Assembly: GCF_000253055.1 (NCBI RefSeq) | Contig: NC_016070.1 | Span: 900,001-932,000, forward strand | Origin: Thermoproteus tenax Kra 1 | Lineage (GTDB): Archaea > Thermoproteota > Thermoprotei > Thermoproteales > Thermoproteaceae | Length of the DNA stretch: 32,000 nucleotides | Direction of reading: 5' to 3' | Shown here: in pieces, positions 23,809 through 32,000 of the stretch | Numbering within the stretch: position 1 is the stretch's first letter | Layout: the number at the start of each line of letters is the position of its first letter | Position numbers and translations under genes: made by a program | The notes under the pieces: generated by a model | Databases searched by the model: none | What the model saw: only the letters and a program-made list of their open reading frames with translations | Told to the model about the DNA's origin: nothing

Positions 23809-25368
23809 GTGGCTAAATACGTGGTGGATATCTCTACGTTGTTGGACGGTTCGCTCAAGGAGGCCGTCATCTCCGGGGCTGTGAGAGGCTCGGTCCTCGT
23901 CCCCGAGGAGGCCCTGGACTATCTGGAGCGTCTGGCGAGGCAGGGCGACGGCGTGGGTCTAATAGGCATGGAGGAGCTGAGGGATCTAAGGAGCGCGATT
24001 GAGAAGTTGGGCCTAGGCGATTTGGTCAAACTGGAGTTCATCACGGCGGGCCGCAGGGGGGCCGAGCCCGACGAGTTGCCCTCCATCGTGAGGAGGTTGG
24101 CCAAGGAGAACGGCGCAGTGGTGGTAACGAGCGATCCCTTCCTGCGCGATTCGGCGGCGGCCATGGGGCTGGAGGTGCTCTATCTGGGGCGGGAGAGACA
24201 GAGTTTGACAATAGAGAAGTTCTTCGGGAAGGACGTTATGTCTGTGCACCTAAAGGAGGGAGTGCCTCCGCAGGCTAAGGCGGGGAGGCCGGGGAGCTGG
24301 CGCCTCGTCAGACTCTCCGACGAGCCTATGACGCGCCAACAGCTCGAGGTCATAGCGAGGGAGTTGGTGTCGGAGGCCGTGAGGGGCTCGGGCGCCACAA
24401 AGCTCGAGATACGGAGGCCGCACTCGATGATAATACAACACAAGGACCTCCGCATAGTGGTCACGTTTCCGCCCGTCTCAGACGGACTTGAGATAACCGC
24501 CGTAAAGCCGTTGGTCAAGAGGAGGTTGGAGGACTACGGCCTAGATCCCAAGATAGTCGATAGGCTCGAGAAAAGCGCCGAGGGGATACTCATCTCCGGG
24601 CCGCCGGGAGCCGGCAAGACGACGTTCGCGCAAGCGCTCGCCGAGTTTTATCTCTCCAAGGGCAGGATCGTGAAGACGATTGAGTCGCCTAGGGATATGG
24701 TTTTGGACAGAGCCATTACTCAGCTCTCCAAAAACTACGCCACCTCGGAGGAGCTCCACGACTTGCTCCTGCTGTCGCGCCCCGACTACACCATATTCGA
24801 CGAGATGAGGGACACGGCTGACTTCCAACTGTACGTGGATCTAAGGCTCGCCGGCGTGGGGATGGTGGGCGTGGTGCACGCCACGTCCCCCATCGACGCT
24901 GTGCAGAGGTTCGTGAGGAGGGTCGAGCTGGGCATGATACCGTCTATAATAGACACAGTGATATTCATGAAGGACGGCGAAGTCAAAAAGGTGTACTCTC
25001 TCGCTATGACCGTCAAAGTGCCCGCGGGCATGAGGGAGGAGGACCTATCCAGGCCGGTGGTAGTAGTCAAGGACTTCCTTACGGGCGAGCCCGAGTTCGA
25101 GATATACGTCTTCGGCGAGGAGACCTTTGTAGTCCCGCTGAAGAGGGGGGAGGGCCGTGCGCCGAGCAAGAAGCTGTACTCGGCGGTGATCTCGGCGTTG
25201 AAACGCTACGTGCCGCCGCAAGAGATCCGAGTGGAGGAGGGCGAGGACGGCGTCGTGGTAGTCAAAGTGCCCGAGGAGTATCTCTCAGTAGTTGTGTCGA
25301 GGGGAGTAAACAAGCTCGAGAAGCTCAGGAGGAGGTTCGCCGTGGATTTCAGAGTGGAGCCCCTGTGA
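23809..25368 (+). CDS. PIN-domain / secretion-type AAA ATPase / KH-domain protein (PINA-like)
   Basis: 519 aa: N-terminal PIN-like MAKYVVDISTLLDGSLKEAV...AVVVTSDPFLRDSA, ATPase GILISGPPGAGKTTFAQALAEFYLSKG...RPDYTIFDEMRD...HATSPIDAVQRFV, C-terminal KH-like IRVEEGEDGVVVVKVPEEYLSVVVSRG. Confidence 0.88.
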   Translation: MAKYVVDISTLLDGSLKEAVISGAVRGSVLVPEEALDYLERLARQGDGVGLIGMEELRDLRSAIEKLGLGDLVKLEFITAGRRGAEPDELPSIVRRLAKENGAVVVTSDPFLRDSAAAMGLEVLYLGRERQSLTIEKFFGKDVMSVHLKEGVPPQAKAGRPGSWRLVRLSDEPMTRQQLEVIARELVSEAVRGSGATKLEIRRPHSMIIQHKDLRIVVTFPPVSDGLEITAVKPLVKRRLEDYGLDPKIVDRLEKSAEGILISGPPGAGKTTFAQALAEFYLSKGRIVKTIESPRDMVLDRAITQLSKNYATSEELHDLLLLSRPDYTIFDEMRDTADFQLYVDLRLAGVGMVGVVHATSPIDAVQRFVRRVELGMIPSIIDTVIFMKDGEVKKVYSLAMTVKVPAGMREEDLSRPVVVVKDFLTGEPEFEIYVFGEETFVVPLKRGEGRAPSKKLYSAVISALKRYVPPQEIRVEEGEDGVVVVKVPEEYLSVVVSRGVNKLEKLRRRFAVDFRVEPL

Positions 25369-25426
25369 ACAAAAAAGTTCACTTAAATGAATCGAAACGA
25401 ATATATTACTCCCCATCCCAGATACC

Positions 25427-26260
25427 GTGGCCGTCGATCAGTATTACCAATACTACGAGGACAGGGCGCCGACCGGCGTCTGGTACGTTGACCAACTCCT
25501 GGGGGGAGGATTCAAGAGGGGCGAGATCTACTTGGTGGCCGGAGAGGCGGGCCAAGGCAAGACCATATTCAGTCTCCAGTTCTTGAAGACTGGGGCGGAG
25601 CTGTACGATGAGCCCGGCCTGTATATAACTGTCGACGAGCCCTCTGAGGACGTCAAAAGGGGCGTCAAATCATCGTTGGGCTGGGATCTGGACATACTGG
25701 AGGAACAACAGAAGTTGGTCTTCGTGGATCTGCGTACCCATTTCAAGGCCTATACTCAAAACGAGAAGGTTGTGGCGGACCCGAGGGAGATCGCGAAGGT
25801 TATAATAGACAACGTGAGGAAGTACGGCATTAGGAGGCTCGTCGTTGACCCCATAGCGCCTCTGCTGATAACGTCTCACACAGACATATTATGGGTGAGG
25901 GAGTATATGAGGGAGCTGGTGTTTCAGCTGAGGAAGCTGAAGGACGTGACCACTCTAATGACCTCGGAGATCCCCACGGGGGAGAACAAAATAAGCAGAT
26001 TCGGCGTTGAGGAATATCTGGCGAGCGGCGTGATCAAGCTGGAGCTACAAGAGTACAGAGGCTTCGTCTTCAGAGTCATGTTCATAAGGAAGATGAGGTG
26101 GACTCCCGTTAGGCCCCAGAAGCTCGTCTTCGAGATATATCCGCAGTACGGCATATACGTTATAGACAGACTGGAGAACTTCCTCAAGTCGATAGATAGA
26201 TTCTACGCAGAGGTCTCGCAGCCCGCCCAAGAGTATCAGGAGTACGCCGCTGTTAGATAG
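25427..26260 (+). CDS. KaiC/GvpD-like RecA-superfamily ATPase
   Basis: 277 aa: GVWYVDQLLGGGFKRGEIYLVAGEAGQGKTIFSLQFLKTGAELYDEPGLYITVDEPSEDV...IRRLVVDPIAPLL. Confidence 0.85.
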   Translation: MAVDQYYQYYEDRAPTGVWYVDQLLGGGFKRGEIYLVAGEAGQGKTIFSLQFLKTGAELYDEPGLYITVDEPSEDVKRGVKSSLGWDLDILEEQQKLVFVDLRTHFKAYTQNEKVVADPREIAKVIIDNVRKYGIRRLVVDPIAPLLITSHTDILWVREYMRELVFQLRKLKDVTTLMTSEIPTGENKISRFGVEEYLASGVIKLELQEYRGFVFRVMFIRKMRWTPVRPQKLVFEIYPQYGIYVIDRLENFLKSIDRFYAEVSQPAQEYQEYAAVR

Positions 26261-27466
26261 CTAGGCGACTCTGCGGAAGGCCACTCTCCTCTCAGAGGGG
26301 TCCAGTTGGAATTTAAACTTCAGAGGCTCTATATGCTCGGGCGTATGCGCTATCAAGGCGTCCCGCTCAAACATGAATACGTAATCGGGTATCCCGCCCA
26401 ACGTGAGAGATATCCTTTTCCACACGTCGTGCGAATTGACGATTAGCACAGTCGTCACTCTCCTCTCCAGTCTCGATTGATACACTTGCGAGGCCTCCAA
26501 TAGAATCTCGTCCCCAGCCACCGTGACCACCTGTTCGTACTGATCGGCGAAATGTACATCTATGTTCAACCGGTTCACCAACTCCGCCGCTTTATACCAC
26601 CATGTTATAGACGCGTGTTCGCCCACAGGGTGGTAGTACCAAGTCAGATTGGGGTGCTTGACCTTTGCCCCCAAGGACTCGGCGAATTTGGCGAAGGTCG
26701 GAATCAGCTTGTGGTGGTGATACAAGACTTTTTTACCTGCCCTAGCTAACATGGACGCCGTCAAGACCATGAGCTTGCTCGCCAGCCCGTCCTCCGGGCC
26801 CACCACGACTACGTAGCTCCCAGCGATCACTCCGCCGTTTAGCTCTCTGTCAACAACGGGATCTCCTGTGGTGAGCCTCTCCTCCGGCGCCTCTCTGGCC
26901 TCTTGAGGCGGCGTGATTATCTTGGGACCTCCTTCGTCAAGGAGGAAGGTGTACGTGTTTAGATGTAGCGGCTGCCCCCTGCTTTTGACCACAGTGAGGT
27001 AGCGCATCAACTGGCCGGTCTTGCTAGCTCTATACGACAAGACTATAATATTGTCCGCTATATAGTCCGCGGGTCCGACCTCCTCGCCCTCCTTTATTAA
27101 GACGGTGGGCATTAAGGCTGAGACGAAGTGATACATAAGCGAGTGGACCACCTCCCTCTCGCCCTCATTAGTGAGGGCGTTTAGCCCGTCGATCACTACG
27201 AAGTCGGGCTTGATCTCGGCTATCTTCTTGAGAATTATCTCGACGAGCTCCTTGTGGCTGGAGGTAGATATCAGGTCGAATATGTGGCGCGGTGGCTCTA
27301 TGCCCATCGACGTCAGAAACTTTATAAGCCTGTTTCTGTTCTCGTAGAAGGTGAACCACGCCGAGTTTTTATATCTGTTGGCCACGGAGGCGGCCAAGGC
27401 GGTCTTCCCGGAGCCTGGCGGGCCCTTTATTAGGGTCAGCCCCTCGGAGAATAGCCTCTCCAACAC
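26261..27466 (-). CDS. Double RecA/KaiC-like ATPase with degenerate second domain
   Basis: 401 aa: LTLIKGPPGSGKTALAASVANRYKNSAWFTFYENRNR...PDFVVIDGLNALT; second half YVVVVGPEDGLASKLMVLTASMLARAGKKVLYHHH. Confidence 0.75.
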   Translation of the reverse strand: MLERLFSEGLTLIKGPPGSGKTALAASVANRYKNSAWFTFYENRNRLIKFLTSMGIEPPRHIFDLISTSSHKELVEIILKKIAEIKPDFVVIDGLNALTNEGEREVVHSLMYHFVSALMPTVLIKEGEEVGPADYIADNIIVLSYRASKTGQLMRYLTVVKSRGQPLHLNTYTFLLDEGGPKIITPPQEAREAPEERLTTGDPVVDRELNGGVIAGSYVVVVGPEDGLASKLMVLTASMLARAGKKVLYHHHKLIPTFAKFAESLGAKVKHPNLTWYYHPVGEHASITWWYKAAELVNRLNIDVHFADQYEQVVTVAGDEILLEASQVYQSRLERRVTTVLIVNSHDVWKRISLTLGGIPDYVFMFERDALIAHTPEHIEPLKFKFQLDPSERRVAFRRVA

Positions 27467-27487
27467 ATTTCTGAGAGGAATCGAGTT

Positions 27488-28039
27488 TTAAAGTAGTTTG
27501 CCCACGGCGAAGATCAGAGGAAACCTCCTCTTTATCGCTACGTTGAAGTAGGGGGACAGAGCCTCGGTGAGGCACCTCGCAGTACAGCTGTGCCCGCCTG
27601 CATAGATCCTATCTCCATCCACCTCGACGGCCAGGAAGACCCCGCCCTCCCGCAACACCGACGCGGCGGCGCGCACAGACTCATCGTGGGGCCCCCAGTG
27701 GTGCAACGTGAAGAGAGCGACGCCGGCGTCGAAGCTGCGCCGTTTAAACGGGAGGGCCCAGCTGGCGCCAGCTACAAGGCCGGCCGAGGTCCTCCTCACG
27801 GCGCGCCGCAACATGGCGGTGGAGATGTCCGCTCCGTACAGCCTATAGCCGAATCTCTCCATCCTCTGCAACATGCGCCCGACTCCCGGGCCTATTTCAA
27901 GGACTCTGGCGCCCGGCGGCACCAACCGTGCAAGCTCCTTTATAGTGGCCGAGTAGGCCCACTCGAAGAGCCTCAGTCTGACTAGCCACTCGTAGACCCT
28001 CGCCCCCCTCTCGTCGAAATACTCAAAATGCCCCTCCAT
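27488..28039 (-). CDS. Class I SAM-dependent methyltransferase (Methyltransf_11-like)
   Basis: MEGHFEYFDERGARVYEWLVRLRLFEWAYSATIKELARLVPPGARVLEIGPGVGRMLQRMERFGYRLYGADISTAMLRRA...LPFKRRSFDAGVALFTLHHW. Start set at ATG 28039 rather than 28201. Confidence 0.87.
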   Translation of the reverse strand: MEGHFEYFDERGARVYEWLVRLRLFEWAYSATIKELARLVPPGARVLEIGPGVGRMLQRMERFGYRLYGADISTAMLRRAVRRTSAGLVAGASWALPFKRRSFDAGVALFTLHHWGPHDESVRAAASVLREGGVFLAVEVDGDRIYAGGHSCTARCLTEALSPYFNVAIKRRFPLIFAVGKLL

Positions 28040-28065
28040 CGTAGGGCCATGAAATGTAGATTTAA

Positions 28066-28359
28066 TTATTGGCGCGGCGTGGGCAATATCTTGAAGTCGG
28101 TGAACTCGCCGCGGAAGTCCTCGAAGACGACGTCCACTCCCTCCACCTTGGCCCCCGGGGGCCCTACGCGGGCCCACTCGAGGACTTTGTGGACGGCCCA
28201 CTCCTCCCCCTCCAGCACGGCCTCAACCGTCGTGTGATCTGGAAGGTTCCTCACCCAGCCGTATACTCCATAGCGCAACGCAACATCCCTCATGGACCTT
28301 CTGAAGTTGACTCCTTGCACCCTCCCCCTTATGAGGAGGTGCACCCTCACCTTCGCCAT
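28066..28359 (-). CDS. acyP: Acylphosphatase
   Basis: MAKVRVHLLIRGRVQGVNFRRSMRDVALRYGVYGWVRNLPDHTTVEAVLEGEEWAVHKVLEWARVGPPGAKVEGVDV: classic GRVQGVxFR motif. Confidence 0.93.
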   Translation of the reverse strand: MAKVRVHLLIRGRVQGVNFRRSMRDVALRYGVYGWVRNLPDHTTVEAVLEGEEWAVHKVLEWARVGPPGAKVEGVDVVFEDFRGEFTDFKILPTPRQ

Positions 28360-28439
28360 ACCGGAATGGTGGGACACAGTTTTAAGGTTTTTAGGCTAAG
28401 GCCTACTCAAAGTTTAATAATTAGGCGTTAATTGTACTT

Positions 28440-29549
28440 ATGGTCGTAGTCACCTTGGAGAACGTGGACAAAATATTTCCGCCCAACGTTGTGGCGCTGA
28501 AGGATATAAATTTGAAGATAAACGACGGCGAGTTTTTCGTCGTGTTGGGGCCCTCGGGACACGGCAAGACGACCTTTCTGAGAGTTCTGGCCGGGCTGGA
28601 GGTGCCCACCAGGGGGCGGATAATGTTCGACTCCGAGGTCATAGTTGACACAGAGAGGGGGATATTCGTCGACCCTCCCAAGAGGAACGTCGGAATGGTC
28701 TTTCAGAACTGGGCCCTCTACCCACATATGAAGGTCTTCGACAACATCGCATTTCCGCTCAAGATCAAGAGGCTCCCCAAGAGGGAGATAGAGGCCAGAG
28801 TGAGAGAGATCGCCGAGATATTGGGGATCGGAGACCTATTGGACAGATATCCGAGACAGCTCTCCGGCGGACAACAACAGAGGGTGGCCATAGCTAGAGC
28901 GCTAGTCAAGAGGCCCCGGTTGCTCCTGTTGGACGAGCCCTTCTCCAATCTGGACGCCAGGATCCGCATCAGCGCAAGGGCCTTTGTGAAGAGGCTCCAG
29001 AGGGAGCTGAAGATAACGACGATACTCGTCACCCACGACCAACAGGACGCCTACTCTGTGGCCGACCGTCTGGCCGTCTTAAGGAGGGGCGTCATACAAC
29101 AAGTGGGCAACGTAGAGGATCTGTTGGACAGGCCCGCGAACCTCTTTGTGGCGACCTTCTTGGGGGACCCGCCCATGAATATATTCGAGGGTAAGATAAT
29201 AAGGGAGGGAGGCTCATATATCGCCGACGCAGGCAGCCTCAAGATACCGCTGCCGGACGCCCCCTCGCTGGGAGGATATGTAGGGAGAAAGGTGTTTGTG
29301 GGGATCAGGCCGGCCGACATCTACATAGCCCCGGAGCCCCAGAGTAGAGAGCATGCCGTTCTCCGAAGCGGGAGAGTAAAGCTTGTCGAAGTGACCGGTT
29401 TCGTCACCACCGCGCTGGTGGAGTGGGACGGGCTGGAGGCGCGCGTCCAAGTGATCGGCAGAGCTCCCGAGGAGGGCTCCGAAGTACCTGTATATGTAAA
29501 TGTGGGCAAGGTGAAGATCTTCGGCGATGACGAGAGAGCAATAACGTGA
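28440..29549 (+). CDS. ABC transporter ATP-binding protein, MalK/GlcV/UgpC (sugar) type
   Basis: 369 aa: VVLGPSGHGKTTFLRVLAGLEVPTRGRI...NVGMVFQNWALYPHMKVFDNIAFPLKI...QLSGGQQQRVAIARALVKRPRLLLLDEPFSNLDARIR...VTHDQQDA; C-terminal TOBE-like region. Confidence 0.92.
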   Translation: MVVVTLENVDKIFPPNVVALKDINLKINDGEFFVVLGPSGHGKTTFLRVLAGLEVPTRGRIMFDSEVIVDTERGIFVDPPKRNVGMVFQNWALYPHMKVFDNIAFPLKIKRLPKREIEARVREIAEILGIGDLLDRYPRQLSGGQQQRVAIARALVKRPRLLLLDEPFSNLDARIRISARAFVKRLQRELKITTILVTHDQQDAYSVADRLAVLRRGVIQQVGNVEDLLDRPANLFVATFLGDPPMNIFEGKIIREGGSYIADAGSLKIPLPDAPSLGGYVGRKVFVGIRPADIYIAPEPQSREHAVLRSGRVKLVEVTGFVTTALVEWDGLEARVQVIGRAPEEGSEVPVYVNVGKVKIFGDDERAIT

Positions 29550-29640
29550 GGCCAGAAACGGCTCCGGTTGCCCTCAGCGATTGTGCGCGCCCTTCGACGC
29601 ATGAATAAAGGGGACGCTGTGGGTCCGTCCGCCGTTTGTC

Positions 29641-29720
29641 CCCTAGGCGCTCGCTGCTAGTAATTCTTAATTCGCGTCCAGGCACTTCCTCCTAGCCCTC
29701 GCATTCGCCGGCGCCTAGGG
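29641..29720. repeat. 10-bp perfect inverted repeat in a non-coding gap
   Basis: CCCTAGGCGC at 29641-29650 and GCGCCTAGGG at 29711-29720, 60 bp apart. Confidence 0.6.
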
Positions 29721-29934
29721 CACCTCGGGCACAGAGCCATCGGACATGGGGCAGCGGCCCCCCAGAAGTAGCCGCGGCTGGGATCGTGGGACTGCCCCCC
29801 GCTGTTGTAAGCACATATTTAAGCTCCCCGTCTGCGCAGAAAAACGCGGACTCTCAACTACTACGAAGAAGAAAAACCGCCCTCTGGGCTCCAGAGTATC
29901 GTGGCACAAGACTTTGCCAGATATATAATATCAT

Positions 29935-30510
29935 CTACGTCCTCTTATGAAGCTCTATATATTTTTTGATAAGATTCTCTACATCAATATATCCATCTTT
30001 AACCTCGATCGCTTTCCCTCCGTCGACTAACAACGCCGTCGGCACTCCAGAGACGACGGCTCCGAGCGCCAGTGCGTATTCGTGCGCGAGCTCGTAGGCG
30101 AGCTCCGGATCGCCGGCCAGCCTGCCCAATTTGGCCCCCAAGCAGTCCCCGAGCCGCCCGAACTTGGCCTCGGCGATCTCCAACTGCCTCTGTATGGCCT
30201 TACGTTCATCTCTGACCTCCGAGGTCACTCTGAATAGCTCCAAGAGATATTTCACTCTCTCCGCCGGCTCGTCCACGCAGAAGGCGGACGCGTTGACGAG
30301 GTAGCTTCCCTCCGCCGTCTTCACCTCGCCTAGATCTTTCCATATAGAGTAGTGCACGGGCAGATAGACAAGCTCGAAGTAGGCGCCTGAGGAGAGCAGC
30401 TCGTGCCAAACGTTCAGAGCAGCTCTGGCGCAGAACGGGCAGTTCACGTCGTAGAACTCGACTAAGTAGGGGTTGTCCCTCTCGCCCACCCTAGTGACTA
30501 AGGCGTCCAT
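29935..30510 (-). CDS. DsbA/thioredoxin-fold protein
   Basis: 191 aa: YLVEFYDVNCPFCARAALNVWHELL...VSGVPTALLVDGGKAIEVKDG: CPFC active site and cis-Pro. Confidence 0.82.
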   Translation of the reverse strand: MDALVTRVGERDNPYLVEFYDVNCPFCARAALNVWHELLSSGAYFELVYLPVHYSIWKDLGEVKTAEGSYLVNASAFCVDEPAERVKYLLELFRVTSEVRDERKAIQRQLEIAEAKFGRLGDCLGAKLGRLAGDPELAYELAHEYALALGAVVSGVPTALLVDGGKAIEVKDGYIDVENLIKKYIELHKRT

Positions 30511-30607
30511 GGAAAACTTGAGTGGTTCTGAAGTATATTAGTTTTCGGCCGCGGCTGCGCCTAGACAATTGGTTGCAAGAAATTAATTTCCATGTGAACT
30601 TTCGTTT

Positions 30608-31558
30608 GTGGTGAGAGTAGTTGTAGTGGGGGGAGGCATCGCCGGCATCTACTTTGCACACCGCCTCTTGCAGTCCACTAAGGCCGAGGTAATCTTGGTG
30701 GAGCCCAAGCCCCATCATGAGTTCGTCATAGGTATACCTATGGCCTACGGAGGGCTCTTGTCCTTCAAAGAGCTCCTTTTCCCCCTCTCGGGCCTCAAGA
30801 GGGTGAAACACGTGGCGGACGCCGCGGCGGGCGTAGAGGGGACCTGCGTGAGGCTCAGGGGAAGCGCCAACGTCTGCGGCGACTATTTGGTGTTAGCGCC
30901 CGGCTCATATAAGGTGGGGACCGCCGAGTACTGGAGCGTCGAGGGCTCCGAGAGACTCTTTGAGAGGATAAAGCCGGCGAGGGCCGTGAGGTTCGTGGTG
31001 AGCGAGTATACGCCGGTGATAGGGTTTCAAGAGCTCGCGTACGCCCTCAAGGCGCGCTTCCCCGAGAAGGAGGTCTCGGTGCACTTAGTCTACGTGTCCA
31101 ACGACTACATCTTCCTCCTGGAGCCCTGGAAGGCCAAGGCCAAGGAGATAGGCGTAGAGGTCAGCGAGGATCCGCCGCCGGCGAAGCCCAGCGGCGAGGT
31201 CCACATCTCGGTCCCCGCCGTGAGGCCCCACCCGCTCGCCGTGGGCCTTGAGGTCAAGCCGGAGACCCTTGAGACTCAGTACGAGAGGGTCTTCCTCATA
31301 GGCGACTCCTCCCTCCTCAAGCTCAGACTGCCGCCGATAGGCTGGGGCTCTCTGTGGCAAGCGTCCCTTGCAGCTCAGGCAGTGGCCTCGGAGATCGAGA
31401 GGGGGTACGTGGAGGTCCGACCAGACGAGTGGACGGCCAACACAGACCCCGAGTCCTTCAAACGCTGGCTCACCTACCGCATGACCACGGGCACTCCGCT
31501 GGTGCATCTGAAGGGTCTGTACGAGATATGGGCCAAGAGGGTTATCTCCTCTCTGTAG
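30608..31558 (+). CDS. FAD/NAD(P)-dependent oxidoreductase (sulfide:quinone oxidoreductase/NADH dehydrogenase-like)
   Basis: 316 aa: RVVVVGGGIAGIYFAHRLLQSTKAEVILVEPKPHHEF...GDYLVLAPGSYKVG...RVFLIGDSS. Two adjacent GTG starts (30608, 30611). Confidence 0.83.
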   Translation: MVRVVVVGGGIAGIYFAHRLLQSTKAEVILVEPKPHHEFVIGIPMAYGGLLSFKELLFPLSGLKRVKHVADAAAGVEGTCVRLRGSANVCGDYLVLAPGSYKVGTAEYWSVEGSERLFERIKPARAVRFVVSEYTPVIGFQELAYALKARFPEKEVSVHLVYVSNDYIFLLEPWKAKAKEIGVEVSEDPPPAKPSGEVHISVPAVRPHPLAVGLEVKPETLETQYERVFLIGDSSLLKLRLPPIGWGSLWQASLAAQAVASEIERGYVEVRPDEWTANTDPESFKRWLTYRMTTGTPLVHLKGLYEIWAKRVISSL

Positions 31559-31643
31559 TCCCCCAGGAGATCTGAATCAGACGCGCGGCCCCACATTAAG
31601 GCGGTTCCGTCATAGCTTAAAAGGGGGATACTGTAGCCTTAAC

Positions 31644-32000
31644 GTGTGGGAGCAGCTTCAACTGGCGTGGTCAGCGTTGTGGGAGCGGAGAGGAAGGACT
31701 CTTGGGGCAATCGCGGGGATAGTGATAGCGTATATAGCGCTCACCTTTGCGCTGTCTGTCGGCAACGCCTTCCGTATCTCGAGCATACGGTTGTTCCAAG
31801 CTCTGGGCACCAACAACGTCTTCCTCGTGGGCTCGTTCACTGACGCAGACGTGGCCTCTGTGAAGGTTTATACGGCCCCCTACGCTCTGGCGGTGATCCC
31901 AGTATCCGGGGCTCTGGGCTCCATAAGGCTCCCCAACGGGAAGATAGAGGGCGTGAATATATACGGAGTGCCCGCCCAAGACGTGAAATATCTATTGCCT
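31644..32000 (+). CDS. ABC transporter permease (FtsX/MacB-like), N-terminal part, runs off the window
   Basis: GTG start gives MWEQLQLAWSALWERRGRTLGAIAGIVIAYIALTFALSVGNAFRISSIRLFQALGTNNVFLVGSFTDAD...VPAQDVKYLLP with no stop to 32000; TTAAAAGG lies about 25 nt upstream. Not in the supplied ORF track because it is unterminated. Confidence 0.75.
   Translation, partial: MWEQLQLAWSALWERRGRTLGAIAGIVIAYIALTFALSVGNAFRISSIRLFQALGTNNVFLVGSFTDADVASVKVYTAPYALAVIPVSGALGSIRLPNGKIEGVNIYGVPAQDVKYLLP

Noticed and set aside
23809-25368. Interpretation as a VapC toxin or a dedicated type IV pilus ATPase
   Set aside because: The PIN domain is fused to a secretion-type ATPase and a KH-like tail, matching the PINA-like family rather than a stand-alone toxin; a pilus role remains only a hypothesis.
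26552-26749. Cysteine-containing short ORFs antisense to ATPase genes
   Set aside because: Composition explained by complementing the coding strand; no promoter or motif support.
1-32000. CRISPR arrays, cas genes, prophage or toxin-antitoxin cassettes
   Set aside because: No regularly spaced repeats, Cas motifs or phage structural genes seen. The single RHH protein at 4905 has no adjacent toxin.

Overview
The window looks like chromosomal sequence from a hyperthermophilic crenarchaeon of the Thermoproteales (Pyrobaculum/Thermoproteus-like). This is inferred from gene content, short or leaderless gene starts with TATA boxes close upstream, an archaeal-type LeuRS, PINA-like and KaiC-like ATPases, and a type II tRNA-Ser. 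Most of the DNA is ordinary dense protein coding: Cdc48 (partial), Hsp20, M42 peptidase, MTAP/PNP, LysO-like exporter, UbiX, RHH regulator, 6-phospho-3-hexuloisomerase, an AdoMetDC/ArgDC-family enzyme, SPL-like radical SAM, LeuRS, TatC, an ABC-2 exporter pair, CDF transporter, MFS, tRNA-Ser(TGA), type IV pilin-like protein, THUMP methyltransferase, DUF401, PIN/KH secretion-type ATPase, four KaiC/RecA-like ATPases, acylphosphatase, MalK-type ATPase, DsbA-like and FAD/NAD oxidoreductase. No CRISPR array or complete mobile element was seen. The most interesting signals are: (1) an unannotated 27-aa micro-ORF, 18 of 27 residues acidic with heptad-spaced Trp/Phe, encoded by a 26-bp exact direct repeat upstream of a polyamine-pathway gene; (2) a compact TnpB-like protein (RuvC-I-like DVN, zinc ribbon, NRDVNAA) next to a KaiC-like gene in a non-mobile context; (3) a C/D box sRNA whose D'-guide has a 10-nt match to the conserved 1400 region of 16S rRNA; (4) an SDR gene that appears interrupted by a decayed TnpB element; (5) two paralogous double-RecA proteins with degenerate second P-loops; (6) a palindromic operator candidate between a cation exporter and an unknown gene. 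All family calls are by eye from motifs; no searches were run.
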